Shown here: positions 1 through 9,341 of the stretch, in pieces | How positions within the stretch are numbered: position 1 is the stretch's first letter | Layout of the letters: the number at the start of each line of letters is the position of its first letter | DNA from: Gemmatimonadaceae bacterium | Lineage (GTDB): Bacteria; Gemmatimonadota; Gemmatimonadetes; Gemmatimonadales; Gemmatimonadaceae | Length of the DNA stretch: 64,000 nt | NCBI GenBank assembly: GCA_051859245.1 | Contig: JBHYGA010000004.1 | Span: 448,001 to 512,000 of the forward strand | Direction: 5' to 3' | The notes under the pieces: generated by a model | The model's database searches: none | What the model was told of the DNA's origin: nothing | What the model saw: only the letters and a program-made list of their open reading frames with translations | Position numbers and translations under genes: made by a program

Positions 1-957
1 CATGATCTGCAGGTGCAGAGCATCGCGCACGGCGTCATTCTGCTCGAGCAGTCCAATCCTGACTATGGCGCCGAACGACGTCGACTGCGTGTGGTGAAGT
101 TTCGCGGCGTTGGATTTCGTGGAGGCTTTCACGACTACATCATTCGCCGGGGCGGCCTGACGGTATTTCCGCGTCTGGTTGTGGGCTCAAGCCGGAGTGC
201 GATTGGCGCCGAGAAGTTGAGTACTGATATTGACGCGCTCGATCGTTTGCTTGGCGGAGGGATCGAGCCTGGCACGAGTACCCTCATTACGGGCGCTGCC
301 GGCACTGGCAAATCCACGGTCGCTGCACAGTTCGTGTGGGCCGCAGCCAATCGTGGCCAACGTTCGGCCATGTTTCTCTTCGACGAAAGTCTGGTCACAC
401 TCATCGCGCGTACAGCTGCGCTCGGGATTGACCTGGCGCCGCACATCGAGTCGGGATTGGTCACGATTCAACAGATCGATCCGGCCGAGTTGTCTCCGGG
501 AGAACTCACGCTCGCGGTACGCGAAGCGGTTGCACGCGGTGTGGAGCTCATGGTGATCGACAGCCTGAATGGCTATTTGAACGCCATGCCGGGTGAGCGA
601 TATCTCATTATTCAGCTTCACGAGATGCTCACATATCTCGGCAACAAGAATGTCGTCACATTGCTGGTGAGCGCACAACACGGACTCATTGGCAGCAATA
701 TGATCTCGCCCATCGATGCGAGTTATCTCGCCGATGGCGTGGTGCTCATGCGTTACTTCGAAGCAAACGGTGAAGTGCGTCAGTCCATTTCCGTGCTGAA
801 GAAGCGCGGCAGCAAGCATGAGCGCAGTATTCGCGAGTTCCGCATGGCCGACGGGACAATCGCGATTGGCGAGCCGCTGCGCGAATTCCGTGGTGTGCTC
901 ACGGGCGTGCCGCAGCTGGTTGCAGAAACGTTCGATCTGCGGAAGGCTGGATTGTGA
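1..957 (+). CDS. KaiC-like (RAD55/RecA-superfamily) ATPase, 5'-truncated by window edge
   Basis: Frame open from base 1. End of first domain (RRLRVVKFRG) then second domain with Walker A GAAGTGKS, VIDSLNGY, ASYLAD, VLKKRG. Confidence 0.9.
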   Translation, partial: HDLQVQSIAHGVILLEQSNPDYGAERRRLRVVKFRGVGFRGGFHDYIIRRGGLTVFPRLVVGSSRSAIGAEKLSTDIDALDRLLGGGIEPGTSTLITGAAGTGKSTVAAQFVWAAANRGQRSAMFLFDESLVTLIARTAALGIDLAPHIESGLVTIQQIDPAELSPGELTLAVREAVARGVELMVIDSLNGYLNAMPGERYLIIQLHEMLTYLGNKNVVTLLVSAQHGLIGSNMISPIDASYLADGVVLMRYFEANGEVRQSISVLKKRGSKHERSIREFRMADGTIAIGEPLREFRGVLTGVPQLVAETFDLRKAGL

Positions 958-2612
958 CGCACGCGTTGCCACGCGCGGCGGATCCCGACGAGAGTCTGGC
1001 CGTGACGCGCGAACTACGCGTGGTTGTACTCGCGCCGACGGGTCGTGATGCGTCGTTAACGCGCACCATCTTTGAACGGGCGCAAATCGACTCGGTTAAC
1101 TGTGGCGACATTGCAGCCGCGTGCGCCGCGCTGACCGAGGGCGCCGCAGCGCTGCTGATCGCGGAGGAAGCGGTGACGGCAGAACCGACCTGTGTGCTCG
1201 TGGAGTGGTTGTCTCATCAACCACCATGGTCGGACCTGCCGATTCTGGTGCTCGCGCAGCCCGGTGCAGATTCAGATGCCGTGGCGCGCGCGATGGATCT
1301 GTTGGGGAATGTGACCGTGCTCGAACGACCCATGCGCATCGCATCGCTCGTCAGTGCCGTGCGAAGCGCCAACCGTGCGCGGCTGCGCCAGTATCAGATT
1401 CGCGAACATCTGGCCGAGCGCGAGTCGGCGGAGCGCGCACTTCGCGATGCGGACCAACGCAAGAACGAGTTCTTGGCGGTGCTGGCGCACGAACTGCGCA
1501 ATCCGCTTTCGCCAATTCGAAACGCGCTCCACATGTTGCGCAACGTGAAAGACGATTGGGCGCAAGCCGAAAAACTTTCGGCAATCATGAATCGGCAGGT
1601 TACGCACCTGGTGCGTCTCGTAGACGATCTGCTGGAGATTTCACGCATCACGCGCGATCGACTGGAGCTGCGCACGGAACAGGTGTCGCTGGCCAGCGTG
1701 ATGAGGGCGGCTGTTGAGGGAAGCAAGCCGCACATTGAAGCGCGTCGGCATCAACTCGACGTCGACTTGCCAGCGGATACAATCACGCTGCGTGCGGATC
1801 CTGTGCGCCTTGCGCAGGTCTTCATGAATTTGCTGAACAACGCCGCCAAATACACAGCACCTGGTGGACACATTCTTGTGTCCGCACAGCACGATGGTGA
1901 TTGCGTGCTGGTGTCCGTACGCGACAACGGACTGGGAATTCCTGCTGATCGTATGGAACAGATTTTCGATCTGTTTGTACAGTTGGATCGACGACCGGAT
2001 GGCGTGCAGAGTGGTCTGGGTGTCGGCCTGACACTTGTGAAGCGGCTGGTGGAACTCCACGGCGGCCGCGTGGATGTGCGCAGCAAAGGTGTGGATGAGG
2101 GCAGCGAGTTCCGCGTCACGTTGCCGCGGGTTGCACGCCCGGTACATGAAGGGGTCGTGATGTCCACAGAACGCGATACAAACTTGCCACCGCGCCGTGT
2201 GCTTGTGGTCGATGACAACAAGGACGCCGCTGATACGCTCGCCCTCGTGCTGGAAAGCCGCGGAGAACACGTGCGCGTAGCCTACGGCGGCGAGGAGGCG
2301 CTTCGCGTCCTTGATGAAGAGCCGGTGTCCGTGGCGTTCGTCGACATCGGTATGCCCGGCATGGATGGCTACGAAGTCGCGCGACGCGTCCGCCAGTCAG
2401 AGCATATGCGTGACGTGACGCTGGTCGCGCTCACGGGTTGGGGTCAGCAGGAAGACATTCAGAACGCGCACGCGGCAGGCTTTGCGCATCACCTGATCAA
2501 ACCAGCGGATCTGGACGAACTGCAGGCGCTGCTTGACAGTGTTGATGAGGCGACGTCTTCGTCGAACGCAGACGGATTTACCGCACCCGCGCCATCGCCG
2601 CCTGAACGCTGA
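954..2612 (+). CDS. Hybrid sensor histidine kinase/response regulator
   Basis: H-box LAHELRNPL, NLLNNAAKY, DNGLG, GLGVGL, C-terminal receiver (VVDDN, DIGMPGMDG, KP). GTGA overlap with the KaiC-like gene. Confidence 0.93.
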   Translation: MTHALPRAADPDESLAVTRELRVVVLAPTGRDASLTRTIFERAQIDSVNCGDIAAACAALTEGAAALLIAEEAVTAEPTCVLVEWLSHQPPWSDLPILVLAQPGADSDAVARAMDLLGNVTVLERPMRIASLVSAVRSANRARLRQYQIREHLAERESAERALRDADQRKNEFLAVLAHELRNPLSPIRNALHMLRNVKDDWAQAEKLSAIMNRQVTHLVRLVDDLLEISRITRDRLELRTEQVSLASVMRAAVEGSKPHIEARRHQLDVDLPADTITLRADPVRLAQVFMNLLNNAAKYTAPGGHILVSAQHDGDCVLVSVRDNGLGIPADRMEQIFDLFVQLDRRPDGVQSGLGVGLTLVKRLVELHGGRVDVRSKGVDEGSEFRVTLPRVARPVHEGVVMSTERDTNLPPRRVLVVDDNKDAADTLALVLESRGEHVRVAYGGEEALRVLDEEPVSVAFVDIGMPGMDGYEVARRVRQSEHMRDVTLVALTGWGQQEDIQNAHAAGFAHHLIKPADLDELQALLDSVDEATSSSNADGFTAPAPSPPER

Positions 2613-3675
2613 CGAATTCGCCTACGTTCTCCATTGTCAGCAGACCCACCAGCGCGCCGCGGTTCAGCACGGGCATCGTGCGGATTGGTGAGCTCTGCAT
2701 GCGCTGCAGCGCCACATCGAGCATCTCGCCCACTTCCGCGTGCGGCACATCGCGCTGCATCGCGTCGATCACACGCAAGTGTTCAGTCTTGCGCGCGAGC
2801 GCCGTGAGCAGCGCCTGGCGCGTGAGCACGCCCATCACGCGTCCTTCGTCGGCCACGGGGAAATCCTGCTGGCTGCCAGCGAGCAACAGCTCGACCGCAT
2901 ACGACAGAGAGTCACTCGGCGACAACGTTTTGTAGTCAGTGATCATCGCCTGCACTACCGTCACACCGTCCAGTGCACCCTTGGTTTGCGCGGCCGCTGC
3001 TTCCTGTGACGCACCAACCCACACGAATACCGCAATCAGGATCAGAAACGGATTCGAATAGAATCCAACCACGGCAAAGAACGCCGCGAACACTTTACCA
3101 ACCGACGCAGCACGCGCCGTCGCCACCGCGTACGGCCAGCGCATCGCGAGCAACGCGCGCAGCACTCGGCCACCGTCCATGGGAAACGCCGGAATCATGT
3201 TGAACGCGACCAACATCACGTTCACCACCAGCAGTCGCTCCAGCAGTCCTGGACCGGCGAGTGCCATATCGGCGTTGCTCAGCGACTCCGCGCTCACAGG
3301 ACGGCCCGATGTGCCGAGTACAACAACGAGCAGAACGGCGATTACGATATTGACCGCAGGTCCGGCGATTGCGACCAGCAACTCCTGCACCGGTTTGTCG
3401 GGCATGCGCTCAAGGCGCGCGACACCGCCAATTGGCAGCAGCGTGATGTCGCGCGTGCGGACGCCAAAACGTCGGGCCGTGAGCGCGTGACCAAATTCAT
3501 GCAGTAGCACACAGAGAAACAGCGCGAGCATGAATCCAACACCGCGCAACGCCATTGCCGCACTCTGTTCTGTGGCGTACAGCGACAACCCAACCCACAC
3601 GAGCAGCACCAGAAACGTGAGGTGGATCTGGACGCGAATGCCTGCGTATCGACCAATAAACAGCGACCACTTCAT
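2578..3675 (-). CDS. Site-2 protease (M50) with C-terminal CBS pair
   Basis: HEFGH and NMIPAFPMDGGR motifs, TM helices, CBS-like C-terminus. Confidence 0.93.
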   Translation of the reverse strand: MKWSLFIGRYAGIRVQIHLTFLVLLVWVGLSLYATEQSAAMALRGVGFMLALFLCVLLHEFGHALTARRFGVRTRDITLLPIGGVARLERMPDKPVQELLVAIAGPAVNIVIAVLLVVVLGTSGRPVSAESLSNADMALAGPGLLERLLVVNVMLVAFNMIPAFPMDGGRVLRALLAMRWPYAVATARAASVGKVFAAFFAVVGFYSNPFLILIAVFVWVGASQEAAAAQTKGALDGVTVVQAMITDYKTLSPSDSLSYAVELLLAGSQQDFPVADEGRVMGVLTRQALLTALARKTEHLRVIDAMQRDVPHAEVGEMLDVALQRMQSSPIRTMPVLNRGALVGLLTMENVGEFVSVQAAMARVR

Positions 3676-4841
3676 AACGATCGACCAAAGAGCCACGCGA
3701 TCGCATCAGGGAGCACGCGCCCAACAATCAGCGTGTGTCCTTCAGACGCAAGCTCGCGGTACTCGATGCGCTGCCCGGCTGCGCGCGTGGCGTCGGCCGC
3801 GCTCTTCACACGTGCCGCCGGAATGACCGGATCGAGTGTGCCGGTGATAAACAGCGCCGGCGGTGCGCCAGCCGCGGTGATTGCCGCGCCGCCCGCAATG
3901 CACGCCACCGCCGCAATGCGCGTGCCACGTGCGTTCGCGAGTGACGACGTCAGACCAGCGCCCATGGAGTGACCCACCACATAAATGCGTTTCGCATCTA
4001 TCGTGTACTCGCGCGACATTACCGCGACGAGCGTGTCAAACATGGCCGGTGTGAAGCCGTTGGCGAGCGGAGACACGATCATGGCGCCGAGTGAGTCGGC
4101 GAGGCGCGTGAGCACGCCGGCACCGTACGCGTCGACAAACATGTTCTCGTCACCACCCGCACCGTGCAGCGCAATAATCAGCGGTGCCGGCGTGGTGCGC
4201 TCCACACTGCTCGGCGGCACCACCACTCGCGCCGGCACACGACGAGCGCCGTCTGTTGCAAACACACGCCACCAGTCGCCGCTGCGCTTGGCGTAGGGAT
4301 TGCGGCCCGCCTTGAGCTCCGCCACTTCGCGCGTGATCGCTGCAGCATGCACACGCGGGTCGATCATGAGTTCAATGCTGCGCGTTCTCGACGCTACATC
4401 GGTGAGCAGGCCCGCGCGTGCGACCGCTGACGCATGTGCCTGCTGCAAAATGCCGGCGGAATCAATCGTGGAGAGCGTGGCCAGCAACTCGCGCTGCACA
4501 ACAGAGGGAGCGCGACCATTGATCAATCGTGCGTCACCGGCCGGCGGTGCGAGCGGCACGTCGTCTGCTGTAGCACCAAGTGAACGCGCCAGCGAATCAA
4601 GGCTCGAAACCGCCGCCGCAAACTGTCCGCCGAAAAACTGAAACGTGGTGCGATCGAACGCGCGGTTCACACGCGATCGTTCGTCGTCGGTGAGCGTACG
4701 TGTGGAGACCAATCGATCAACCAGCAGATACGATTGTGCGAGCGCCGCGCGCATCGTGTCGCCGGCGGCGGCTTGCGCGTGCAACGGGTGCGCGGTGAAC
4801 ACAACCAGCACAACGAGGGCCGCACGAGAAAGAGCACGCAT
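3672..4841 (-). CDS. Secreted alpha/beta hydrolase (esterase-like)
   Basis: Signal peptide, ALHGAGG, nucleophile elbow GHSMG, D (LDPVI) and H (GHT). Confidence 0.8.
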   Translation of the reverse strand: MRALSRAALVVLVVFTAHPLHAQAAAGDTMRAALAQSYLLVDRLVSTRTLTDDERSRVNRAFDRTTFQFFGGQFAAAVSSLDSLARSLGATADDVPLAPPAGDARLINGRAPSVVQRELLATLSTIDSAGILQQAHASAVARAGLLTDVASRTRSIELMIDPRVHAAAITREVAELKAGRNPYAKRSGDWWRVFATDGARRVPARVVVPPSSVERTTPAPLIIALHGAGGDENMFVDAYGAGVLTRLADSLGAMIVSPLANGFTPAMFDTLVAVMSREYTIDAKRIYVVGHSMGAGLTSSLANARGTRIAAVACIAGGAAITAAGAPPALFITGTLDPVIPAARVKSAADATRAAGQRIEYRELASEGHTLIVGRVLPDAIAWLFGRSL

Positions 4842-5005
4842 GTGATTCGGCATGTCGGGGAAAAAGCGGCGAACGCGTGACATTGGCAGCAAAGCGGAGA
4901 CGAGCCAACACTTTGCCGACCTTGTGTGCATAGATTACGCACAGCGACGTCGCTCTGGATAGTAAAGACACGGTGTGCACCATCGCGTTCCTCAACGGAG
5001 TCGAC

Positions 5006-5701
5006 ATGCGAGCCTTACACGCGGAACGCCACTACTTCGATCGCATCGGCTGGCTTCGTGCCGCCGTACTTGGTGCGAACGACGGGATTGTCTCAACCGC
5101 CAGCCTGGTGGTTGGTGTGGCGGCGTCAGGAGCAGAAAAGAGCGCCATTCTCATTGCCGGTGTCGCGGGTCTTGTGGCCGGTGCCATGTCCATGGCGGCG
5201 GGTGAGTACGTGTCGGTGAGTTCGCAGTCCGACACCGAAGAGGCCGACCTCACTCGTGAGCGACAGGAACTCGCCACCGTACCGGACGCTGAGCTCATGG
5301 AGCTCGCGGACTTGTACGTGAAGCGCGGGCTCCCGGCCGAACTCGCAAAAAGCGTTGCACAGGCACTTACCTCACATGACGCGCTCGGTGCACACGCTCG
5401 CGAAGAGCTTGGCATTGTGGAGCATCAGCGCGCTAATCCGTTGCAAGCCGCGTTTGCGTCGGCCGGAACGTTCGCCGTGGGCGCCGCGCTGCCACTCGTT
5501 GTCGCCTGGCTCTCCCCAACCCGTTTGCTCTCATGGATTGTGACGGGCAGCGCGCTCGCGTTCCTGATGCTGCTCGGCTGGACGTCCGCGAATGCCGGTG
5601 GCGCGAACCGTGTGACCGGCACCGCACGCGTCACCTTCTGGGGCGCGATTGCGATGGCGATTACGTACGCTGTGGGCCGTTTGTTTGGTGCGGTGGTGTA
5701 A
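5006..5701 (+). CDS. VIT1/CCC1 family iron/manganese transporter
   Basis: WLRAAVLGANDGIVS and SMAAGEYVSVSSQ signature motifs. Confidence 0.93.
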   Translation: MRALHAERHYFDRIGWLRAAVLGANDGIVSTASLVVGVAASGAEKSAILIAGVAGLVAGAMSMAAGEYVSVSSQSDTEEADLTRERQELATVPDAELMELADLYVKRGLPAELAKSVAQALTSHDALGAHAREELGIVEHQRANPLQAAFASAGTFAVGAALPLVVAWLSPTRLLSWIVTGSALAFLMLLGWTSANAGGANRVTGTARVTFWGAIAMAITYAVGRLFGAVV

Positions 5702-5783
5702 CTGGCGAGCCGGTGTGATGCGTGGCGCATGACGTCGGGCAATGACGCTCACTCGCAAGGACCGTTCACACCGGCTCCACCGT

Positions 5784-6314
5784 TTAGTTGTCGTCTGCTC
5801 CGTTTTGCTCTCCGGTCGTGACCGCTACTCCGCGCACCGCGCTATTGGTGTACGCCGAGCCCGCGCCGTACTGATACACGAGCGCGCCGCCCGAATGACC
5901 GACCTGATATCCAGCGAAAACAAGGCCGAGCGATCCAATGGTGGCCAGCACGCGGGCGCCGGTGCCAATGCGTCCTTTGAGCAGACCGACAGCGGCAATG
6001 CCGAGCACGGCCATGGAGAGCGTCAGGAACTGATCGGCCGCATCTTCGTGTGACTCGAGCGCCGAGTCTGGCACGACGGATTCCACCTGTTCTTCCTGAT
6101 CTTCACCGGTCTCTATTGAGGCCCAACTGCTGAGCGACAGCGCCGCAAACATGGCGGCGGCCACACCCCACGCGCGCAGCGGGCGGCCTCCGCGTTGCAC
6201 CACGATCAACGCGCCGATGGCAAAGACCGGCACCAATACCGCGAGTGCCATTGGCAAGTGGACAATGGCCGGGTGGAGTGGACTTGGAATGATCGAGCTG
6301 AGTTGTGCGAGCAC
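5784..6314 (-). CDS. DUF2231-type membrane protein
   Basis: PLHPAIVHLP, ETGE...HE, GHSGGALVY motifs. AGGAGG RBS before GTG at 6314. Confidence 0.8.
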   Translation of the reverse strand: MLAQLSSIIPSPLHPAIVHLPMALAVLVPVFAIGALIVVQRGGRPLRAWGVAAAMFAALSLSSWASIETGEDQEEQVESVVPDSALESHEDAADQFLTLSMAVLGIAAVGLLKGRIGTGARVLATIGSLGLVFAGYQVGHSGGALVYQYGAGSAYTNSAVRGVAVTTGEQNGADDN

Positions 6315-6393
6315 GGTGCCTCCTGAGAAAGGGACGCGGGTGAATCCCGCTTCCTTGGGTGAAGCATCGTGTATCCGAGCCGGCCAGAACATC

Positions 6394-6457
6394 CGACACA
6401 TGTCGCAACACGCTGATTCTGCGGCACTTGTCTGATATCTCCGGCAAATGCCTGATA
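6394..6457. promoter_or_regulatory. Three related operator-like boxes between divergent DUF2231 and LuxR genes
   Basis: CGACACATGTCG (6394-6405), CGGCACTTGTCTGATA (6422-6437), CGGCAAATGCCTGATA (6442-6457). Confidence 0.5.
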
Positions 6458-6491
6458 GCGCACGCGGGGTCGTGGCTCAATAGTTCTTCGC

Positions 6492-7061
6492 ATGAAGACC
6501 CCGGCTGAACTTGAGGAACACGAAGGCATAGACGACAGCGAGGGCCGCCTGCGCTGGCTCGTGTTGGCAGTTCTCGCCGTGGTGGTGCTAGGCGGCGCGT
6601 TCGATCTCTACATGGACGCGCCCGATGATCTGCTATCGGCACACGTGCTGGTGGAGCTCGCGCTGATGACCGTGAGTGCCACCGTCGGTGTGGTGTTGTG
6701 GCGTGCGTGGCGACGTACCGCGCAGCAGCTCAGCGTGACGCGTCAATCGCTTGAGGCATCACAAGCCGACCGCGAAGCGTGGCGAGGGCGTGCCGAGCAG
6801 GCGCTGCACGGACTCGGCCAGGCCATCAACGAGCAGTTTGACGCGTGGGGCCTCACACCGAGCGAGCGCGAAGTCGCGCTGTTGCTGCTCAAGGGATACG
6901 GCCACAAACAGATCGCGGCGCAGACCAATCGCGGTGAGCGCACGGTGCGTCAGCATGCGGTGGCGGTGTACAGCAAGTCGGGACAGGGAGGCCGCGCGGA
7001 GCTGGCGGCGTTCTTTCTGGAGGGGTTGATGCTGCCGGTCGCGGAGACTGCCGATCACTAG
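6492..7061 (+). CDS. Membrane-anchored LuxR-family HTH regulator
   Basis: Two N-terminal TM helices, then LTPSEREVALLLLKG...ERTVRQH HTH. Confidence 0.88.
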   Translation: MKTPAELEEHEGIDDSEGRLRWLVLAVLAVVVLGGAFDLYMDAPDDLLSAHVLVELALMTVSATVGVVLWRAWRRTAQQLSVTRQSLEASQADREAWRGRAEQALHGLGQAINEQFDAWGLTPSEREVALLLLKGYGHKQIAAQTNRGERTVRQHAVAVYSKSGQGGRAELAAFFLEGLMLPVAETADH

Positions 7062-7150
7062 CGGCGCGGGTGTGGGAGGCTGATGTGGTGGTGATGATGT
7101 AGTATCTCTGCACACACATCGTTGCCGCATTCATTCCTGACGACATTCAC

Positions 7151-7834
7151 GTGAAGCCATACGTCCGCCTCGCCGAAGCGCGAACACCCAAAGGATCAAC
7201 GCTCGCGTTGTACCGCCATGACGGCGCCTATCTGATACGCGCTGACGGCGTGGAGCTCATGTCCACGCGTCGTCATTTCTCGGAAGATCGATTGGCCGAG
7301 TTGGCGTGTGCGCCGTTTCGCGACAAGGCTGAGGCACGTGTGCTGATTGGTGGACTCGGACTTGGGTTCACCATGCGTGCCGCGCTGCTGCAGTTGAATA
7401 GCAGCGCGCGTGTGGTGGTCGCGGAGTTGTTGCCCGAAGTGATCGAGTGGAATGCGAATCCGGAGTACGGCATCTCGACCGAGTCCATGCGCGATCCGCG
7501 TGTGGAGATGGTGCAGGATGATGTGGTAAATGTGCTCAAGAACAATCGCGGCGGTTTTGACGCGATCATGCTGGATACCGACAACGGTCCGGACGGCATG
7601 TTGTTGTCGGAGAACGCGCCGCTGTACACGGCGCGCGGCATTACCACGACGATGGCAGCGCTACGACCGGGCGGTGTGATCGCGTACTGGTCGGTGGCGG
7701 ATGACCACAAGTTTGCGCGGTCCCTCAAACACGTGGGCTTGGAGCCCGAGGTTGTGCGGGTGCGCGCGCACGAGACGTCGGGGCCGATTCATACGCTCTA
7801 CATCGTGACGACGCCGCCGGCCGCTGCCCTGTAG
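7151..7834 (+). CDS. Spermidine-synthase-like SAM-dependent methyltransferase
   Basis: VLIGGLGLGFT, VVAEL, FDAIMLDTDNGP. Confidence 0.85.
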   Translation: MKPYVRLAEARTPKGSTLALYRHDGAYLIRADGVELMSTRRHFSEDRLAELACAPFRDKAEARVLIGGLGLGFTMRAALLQLNSSARVVVAELLPEVIEWNANPEYGISTESMRDPRVEMVQDDVVNVLKNNRGGFDAIMLDTDNGPDGMLLSENAPLYTARGITTTMAALRPGGVIAYWSVADDHKFARSLKHVGLEPEVVRVRAHETSGPIHTLYIVTTPPAAAL

Positions 7835-8148
7835 TCCCGGCCGTCCCGGCCCCGGTCGGATGCCCCCACTTCGCGCCCACTGCCGGCCCGGGCGCGCCGG
7901 GAGCGGGCAAGCCCGCCCGGCGCTGGCCGACAGAAGGCGCGGCGTGGGGGCATCCGCGCGGGGCCTGCGGTGGTGCTGGGGCGGGGGGAGGAGCGCACCG
8001 GCACGCCCAGTCGTAGGCGGCCGCTGGCGTCACGCGATCCCGAAGCTCGGCGCCGCGCCTCGCCCACCTCGAGCTTTTCCCAGCCCCCACTCAGCAAAGT
8101 TGCAAACTCCTACTATTTCCTCCATATTGGAGGAATAACGGAGGATAG

Positions 8149-8379
8149 ATGGCCACGCTGAACATCAAGAATCTCGACGACGAGCTGTACCGCAAGCTGA
8201 AGGAGCGAGCCGAGGAACAGCATCGCTCGATCGCGCAGGAGGTCACGCACATTCTCGCGCAAACACTTCGTGCGGCACCCCCACGCTCCATCCTGGAGCT
8301 GGAAGGACTCGGCCGCGAGTTGTGGGTAGGTGTCGACGCAGCCGCACATGTCGCCGCTGAGCGCGACGCGTGGGATTGA
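8149..8379 (+). CDS. FitA-like ribbon-helix-helix antitoxin
   Basis: MATLNIKNLDDELYRKLKERA...HRS RHH pattern, GGAGG RBS, overlaps PIN gene. Confidence 0.85.
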   Translation: MATLNIKNLDDELYRKLKERAEEQHRSIAQEVTHILAQTLRAAPPRSILELEGLGRELWVGVDAAAHVAAERDAWD

Positions 8380-8816
8380 TCGATGTGGTCGGTGTTGGCC
8401 CGCTCGCGCTCGATACGGCCTGCTTCATCTATTTCGCTGAACAACATCCGAGCTACGCCGCGCTCCTCCGCCCACTTTTTGAAGCGGCGGATCAGGAGCG
8501 GCTTGTGTTGTGCACGTCGGCTTTGACGTTGCTGGAAGTGCTCGTCGTGCCGTACCGATCCAATCGCCCAGAGCTTGCGTCGCAATACGAGTCGTTGCTC
8601 ACCGAGAGTCGCGGAATACATCTGATTGCGATTGATCACGCACAGTTGCGAGTCGCGGCAGAGCTTCGCGCGCGATTCGCTGTTCGAACTCCAGACGCGA
8701 TGCAGCTCGCGGCCGCGATCTCGGCGCGTTGCTCTTGTTTTGTGACGAACGATAGACGATTGCCTGACGTGCCTGGGTTACAGGTTGTTCAGCTGAGCTC
8801 GTTGACCGGAGCATGA
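8370..8816 (+). CDS. PIN-domain (VapC-like) toxin
   Basis: ALDTACFIY, TLLEVL, RTPDAMQLA, FVTNDRRL acidic PIN residues. Confidence 0.9.
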   Translation: MGLIDVVGVGPLALDTACFIYFAEQHPSYAALLRPLFEAADQERLVLCTSALTLLEVLVVPYRSNRPELASQYESLLTESRGIHLIAIDHAQLRVAAELRARFAVRTPDAMQLAAAISARCSCFVTNDRRLPDVPGLQVVQLSSLTGA

Positions 8817-8913
8817 TGCGCGCTCAATGCGTGCAACCCGTCGAGTCAGTTGGGCAACCGATATTTGACGAGGTCACCGTGGCGACACCGCGTCCCCGTC
8901 GCCAGATTGCCGT

Positions 8914-9318
8914 ATGCCTAAACCTGAACTGCTCGAGAACTTTCCCAATCCGTACGCCGATCGCGACTACGAAATCGCGATCGAAACCACTGAGTTCACC
9001 TCGCTCTGCCCACTCGGCGGCATTGAGAGCGACGCCACCGAGCTCGACCTGCTCAAGGGCGGTGCGCCGGATTTTGCCACGATCCGGCTGAGCTACGTGC
9101 CCGATGTGAACTGCATCGAGCTCAAAAGCCTCAAGCTGTATTTCTGGAGCTTCCGCAACGACGGCATTTTTTACGAGCGTGCCGTGAACCGGATTCTTGA
9201 TGACCTCGTGGCCAAATGTGCCCCGCGTCGCATGACGGTGGTGGGCGACTTTAATGTGCGCGGCGGGCTCAAGAGCGTGATCACCGCGACCTGGCCGCCC
9301 ACGCCGGCGCGCGGCTAA
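8914..9318 (+). CDS. queF: NADPH-dependent 7-cyano-7-deazaguanine reductase (unimodular type)
   Basis: EFTSLCP...PDFA, QueF motif ELKSLKLY, C-terminal RGG. Confidence 0.9.
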   Translation: MPKPELLENFPNPYADRDYEIAIETTEFTSLCPLGGIESDATELDLLKGGAPDFATIRLSYVPDVNCIELKSLKLYFWSFRNDGIFYERAVNRILDDLVAKCAPRRMTVVGDFNVRGGLKSVITATWPPTPARG

Positions 9319-9341
9319 GCCCCGCTTCCCACGCACACGCC

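Noticed and set aside
1..957. Circadian clock locus
   Set aside because: Lacks the canonical ST phosphosites and visible kaiA/kaiB, and fits the KaiC-like signalling ATPases.
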